Source: the human T2T-CHM13v2.0 reference genome, Homo sapiens. Taken from it: 64,000 nucleotides of DNA. How positions within the stretch are numbered: the first letter of the stretch is position 1; each line of letters opens with the position of its first letter. Position numbers and translations under genes: made by a program. The notes beneath the pieces were generated by a model. The model was not told the DNA's origin and searched no databases. It saw only the letters and a program-made list of their open reading frames with translations. Positions 58,876 through 64,000 of the stretch are shown one piece after another. The stretch lies in assembly GCF_009914755.1 (NCBI RefSeq), contig NC_060944.1; one strand, 5' to 3'.

Positions 58876-59055
58876 CTGGCAGAGATAAATAGTACTGTAG
58901 GAGTCCCTGAGAGGTCAACTCAAGTGTAAGTATTTTATATTTTGAGGTTCCTAAAGTTTTTCTCTATGTCATTAACATACAAGTTGCCCACATTATTCTC
59001 CTTGTCATTATTACTACAACCAGTGAGTATTTTGATAGAATACTTCTGGGAGAGG

Positions 59056-59316
59056 CCCAGGCGCGGTGGCTCACGCTTGTAATCCCAGCACTTTGGGAGG
59101 CCGAGGCGGGCAGATCTTGAGGTCAGGAGATGGAGACCAACCCCGTCTCTACTAAAAATACAAAAAACTAGCCGGGCCTGGTGGCGGGCGGCTGTAGTCT
59201 CAGCTATTCGGAGAGGCTGAGGCAGGAGAATGGTGTGAATCCGGGAGGCGGAGCTTGCAGTGAGCCGAGATCGCGCCACTGCACTCCAGCCTGGGCGTCA
59301 GAGCGAGACTCCGTCT

Positions 59317-59346
<30 letters not shown>
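59056..59346 (+). mobile_element. AluY with a short internal deletion in the left arm
   Basis: gagacca joins directly to accccgtctct; TSD ctt(c)(t/c)gggaga. Confidence 0.92.
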
Positions 59347-59351
<5 letters not shown>

Positions 59352-59543
59352 CCGGGAGAGAAGCGGTTACTAAGAAGGGAATGCTTTATAGACAGAGAAA
59401 GGATCATTTTTATGGTCATAGATTATTTTCTAGTCTTGGCCAAATTTTTTTTTTTGGGGAGGGTGTATTGTGGTCCAAAGACAATTTAGGTGACTCATAA
59501 CCTATCACCTCTAATCCCCCAGGTGTCTCAAGATTGCATGCTC

Positions 59544-59690
59544 ATGAGAGTATCTCAGTGAGTGAATAGCAGTGTCTCCTCTCATTAAAAATTTATGCAT
59601 ATCATAAATACTTTTAAAAATGAGAGTGTCTCAGTGAATGAATAACAGTATCTCCTTGTATGAAAGATTTACACATATCATACTTTAAAA
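59544..59690. repeat. About 76-bp diverged tandem duplication
   Basis: atgagagt(a/g)tctcagtga...catatcata...acttt at 59544 and 59620. Confidence 0.85.
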
Positions 59691-60080
59691 AGTTTGAGTT
59701 TAATATAAATTCAAAAATATAAATCAGCTTTCCTGTAAGTATATTAAAAACCTTTTTATGAATAGCAATTCAAAATATTTTAAAACATTTATTTTGCACA
59801 GCTTTTACTAGATTTATCTTATTGCTATTTTGTTCAAAATAAATGGAAACTCAAGTTTATAGTCTTGCTCTAAATCATTTTTTAAAATATCAGATTTCAG
59901 AAAGTAACGTTTTTGGCTTATTTTAGATATACCTGCTTGCTGGCTGTTGTGTGTTGGGGTAGAGCTTTCTTTTTAAAATCTAGTAGCACCCTCTAGAGCA
60001 AAAGGTAAAATACAATTTGATAAGAAAGGAGCAGTTTCACAAATTCAAATTTCCTATCCGGAGTAATAGTTTGTTACTTA

Positions 60081-60432
<352 letters not shown>

Positions 60433-60877
60433 GGAAGTAGCAAAGAGCTGAACCTAATTTTTTTTTGCTCAAATATATATATATTCTTATCAAGGATGCC
60501 TTTTAGGTAAGTTCTTCTTACCTAAGATTAAAGATTAATACATCTTTTTCTTACCTCCTTGTGAATGTAATGGTACATAATTTTATTTTAGAATGGATAT
60601 TTTAATAAAATTACCCATAAGTATTGAATTTCTTGTTGACCAATATAACATGCTAAAGTTTTATTGTATGTCCATTTTGTATGTGATAGTGTGTTTGTTT
60701 TGAGAATTACAAAATAGAGAATAAACCACACCCCTTGTACTTACGCTCTTATTTCCACTTGTTTTTTGTAGTAGAGCATGACACATATTGGGTCTTGTAG
60801 TAGTCTTGAGTAAAAAATTATCTCGATTAAGTTAATTAATAATATTATTATTGATATATATCCATTTTCTATTACAG

Positions 60878-60985
60878 AAGAAAATACTCAGGAAACATCC
60901 CAGGTGAAGAAAAGTTTGACTGAAAAAGTTTCTCTCTATAGAGGTGACATCACATTGCTAGAGGTAGATGCTATAGTCAATGCCG
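60878..60985 (+). CDS. MACROD2: Internal coding exon (probably exon 3) of the mono-ADP-ribosylhydrolase MACROD2; 108 nt, phase 1-1
   Basis: Acceptor ttttctattacAG (60876-77) and donor CCG|GTGAGT (60986). The exon reads aa GAA AAT ACT CAG ... GGT GAC ATC ACA ... GTC AAT GCC g = ENTQETSQVKKSLTEKVSLYRGDITLLEVDAIVNA. It contains the macrodomain GDIT and DAIVNA motifs and matches the MACROD2 protein as I recall it. Confidence 0.96.
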
Positions 60986-61700
60986 GTGAGTAGTTGATTT
61001 TCCTGTGATGTGTTTGTTATGTAAGTATTATTTCAAAATTTTTAAATAAATAAGAATGTAAGTATTTTAGAAAAAAATGCTTTTTGACGTAGAAATGTCT
61101 ATTCTGTTTCTCTTCTTGATTAAAAACATTGGAGATCTATTTTTTTGTATGTTCTGCAATTAATGTGCATCTACAGTACCCTCTACAGTGAAAGGCGCTA
61201 GGTTGAGATTAGGATACTGCACCACTGGAGAAGTGACAGATTGTTGCAGAAAGTTCTTCAGAAAGAACTTTAGCAAGTATATTATTGTTACTTTCGTAGC
61301 TTGAATTAATAGTTGGCCAACATAAATACAAGCTCATCAAGCTTTTTTCTTCTTTTGAATAGGTTGTCAGGTGATGATTGAACTATGTAAGACAAAAGTG
61401 AAAATATAAAGAAATTATTTCAGTTATTTCAAAACTTAAGTTGTTAGGGTTCCAGTTTTCATTTTCATTATGAAATGCTTAATTTTAACCAGCATATTTT
61501 AATTATTTTTAATAATTAGTTGTCTAGTTAATTTTCCTATTTCAACATTGGGAAAAATTTTACAGATGTTATATTTTATTATGTGGCTATATATCAAAAA
61601 AGATATAACAGCCGTGATTCTACAAAAATATTGTAAATGAGAGGATATTTAATGATTTTAATTTGTGTTTTGTAAAGTTAGGCTGTTTGAAGTTTGCAAG

Positions 61701-62184
61701 TGTCAATTAAAAACAAATCTGGACTTAGGTAAGGAGAGGCTTTATCTAAATAGACTATGACAATAAAAGGAGGAGGATGATTTCAATAGGGGGAGGCAGA
61801 ATATTGTGTTATCGGGAATGTTTTTCCAGAGTTCAGCTGGTTCTGGGGAAGGGCTGTTAAGGAGGGGTTACTCACCTTCCATTGCTTCAGGGTGGACCAA
61901 AGTTCAGGGGTTTTGAGGAAGGAGAGGAGCCTGACTAAAGTTTGGTCAGGTCGTTTGTGGGCATTGACCAACCAGAATGGTAAATGGGGACAAAGAGTTT
62001 GGCTAACATGTATGAGACAGAGAATGGGAATTTGGAAAGTCTGTTTCTGGCCTTGTCATTGGTTGCAAGGTGGTCATCTGTCAGTTTTATCTAGTAAACT
62101 TTCCCAGAACACAAAAGGGTAGGGGTAATTTCTTGACTGTGGCTCTTTCCAAGAATACAGAGTTCAGGTGAGTTTCAGTGTTAT
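61701..62184 (-). mobile_element. Solo ERV1-class LTR (MER90/MER110-like)
   Basis: gagcctgactaaagtttggtca; the minus strand starts gataacactgaaactcacctgaactctgtattcttggaaa. Confidence 0.65.
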
Positions 62185-62370
62185 CTCCAGGTTTCCTTTG
62201 GTGATAATAAATTCACAGAGAATAGTAGGAAAGTGCATTGGCAGGTGAACAGAAGGGTCTAATGGAGAACTGAAACATTGTTCAAGGATATTGTACAGCT
62301 CTGGCAATTTAGCAGAAAGTTCAGAATACCGGTCAGCTTGTTGTTCCCTTAGAATTGGGTATCAGTTACA

Positions 62371-62718
<348 letters not shown>

Positions 62719-63050
62719 TCAGTTTTCTCCTTTTCTTCTTCTGATGCTTCTGCACTTCCTTTCTCCTTTGCTGCTTCTGCTGCCTGTCTAAAATGTAAAA
62801 GTCTTCTTGAGAGAGGAGGCTGGGTCATTTAATTGCCACCCAATATGACTCACTCCTTCATCCTCAGGTTACCTCATAGGGTACAGGTCTCTCTTATATG
62901 TAGTATCTATGGATTGCTCATTTGTGGCCCTGGGTATCAAGATGCTTTCTCTGTCCCGTGGGGCCTCTGGGGGAAGACAGGCCCTTAGAAAGGGTCTCAG
63001 GAAGTCCTCTCCTGTAGTTTTAATAAGATATCACTATAGCTAGTAATTTA

Positions 63051-63645
<595 letters not shown>

Positions 63646-64000
63646 CAATATATATAGACACATAAAAGATATATATTTATACTCACATATGATCTTTTAA
63701 ATTTTTAAAAAATGTTTATATGTATGTACATATGTATATAAATACACTATCAGCCTTCCTGTGTGTTCTTGTAATTTCTAGCCATTACTCTTAGTTCTGT
63801 CCTGAGGAAGTACAATTGATCATATCTACTTCCTTTTTAAATACTTGAAGATCACTCTCACAAGTTTTCTCCTTCTTGTTATTAAGATAACATTGAATTT
63901 GCCACGTTAGCACACACTTAATACAGTAATAATGGTCTTTGTTGGATTTTGCTGTCTTCCCATGGAAGCCACACACTAGTGCCATTTTCTCTTTTTGTGT

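Overview
This is primate (almost certainly human) genomic DNA, AT-rich and dominated by repeats. The only host coding sequence I can support is one 108-nt internal exon on the + strand (60878-60985). It encodes (E)ENTQETSQVKKSLTEKVSLYRGDITLLEVDAIVNA(A), the start of the macrodomain of MACROD2 (probably exon 3). The rest is intron. It holds a minus-strand primate L1 with its 5'UTR (1-~4115), about 30 Alu/FLAM copies, solo LTRs (LTR12/ERV9, MER21-like, MER66-like, MER90/110-like), a two-LTR ERV1 provirus remnant (49118-56684), Tigger/hAT DNA transposons, and MIR/L2/old L1M debris. Nearly all ORFs in the supplied track are repeat-derived or chance. I found no new biological system that I can assert. 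The best leads are a templated inverted insertion with a fold-back junction inside the L1, a near-identical 91-bp dispersed duplication, an AT-rich palindrome split by an Alu, a hairpin-masked splice site and a NAGNAG acceptor at the exon, a CTCF-like motif, a candidate intronic terminal exon, and an ORF0-like ORF with L1 antisense splice donors pointing into MACROD2. Repeat subfamily names are recognised from memory and need RepeatMasker/Dfam confirmation.
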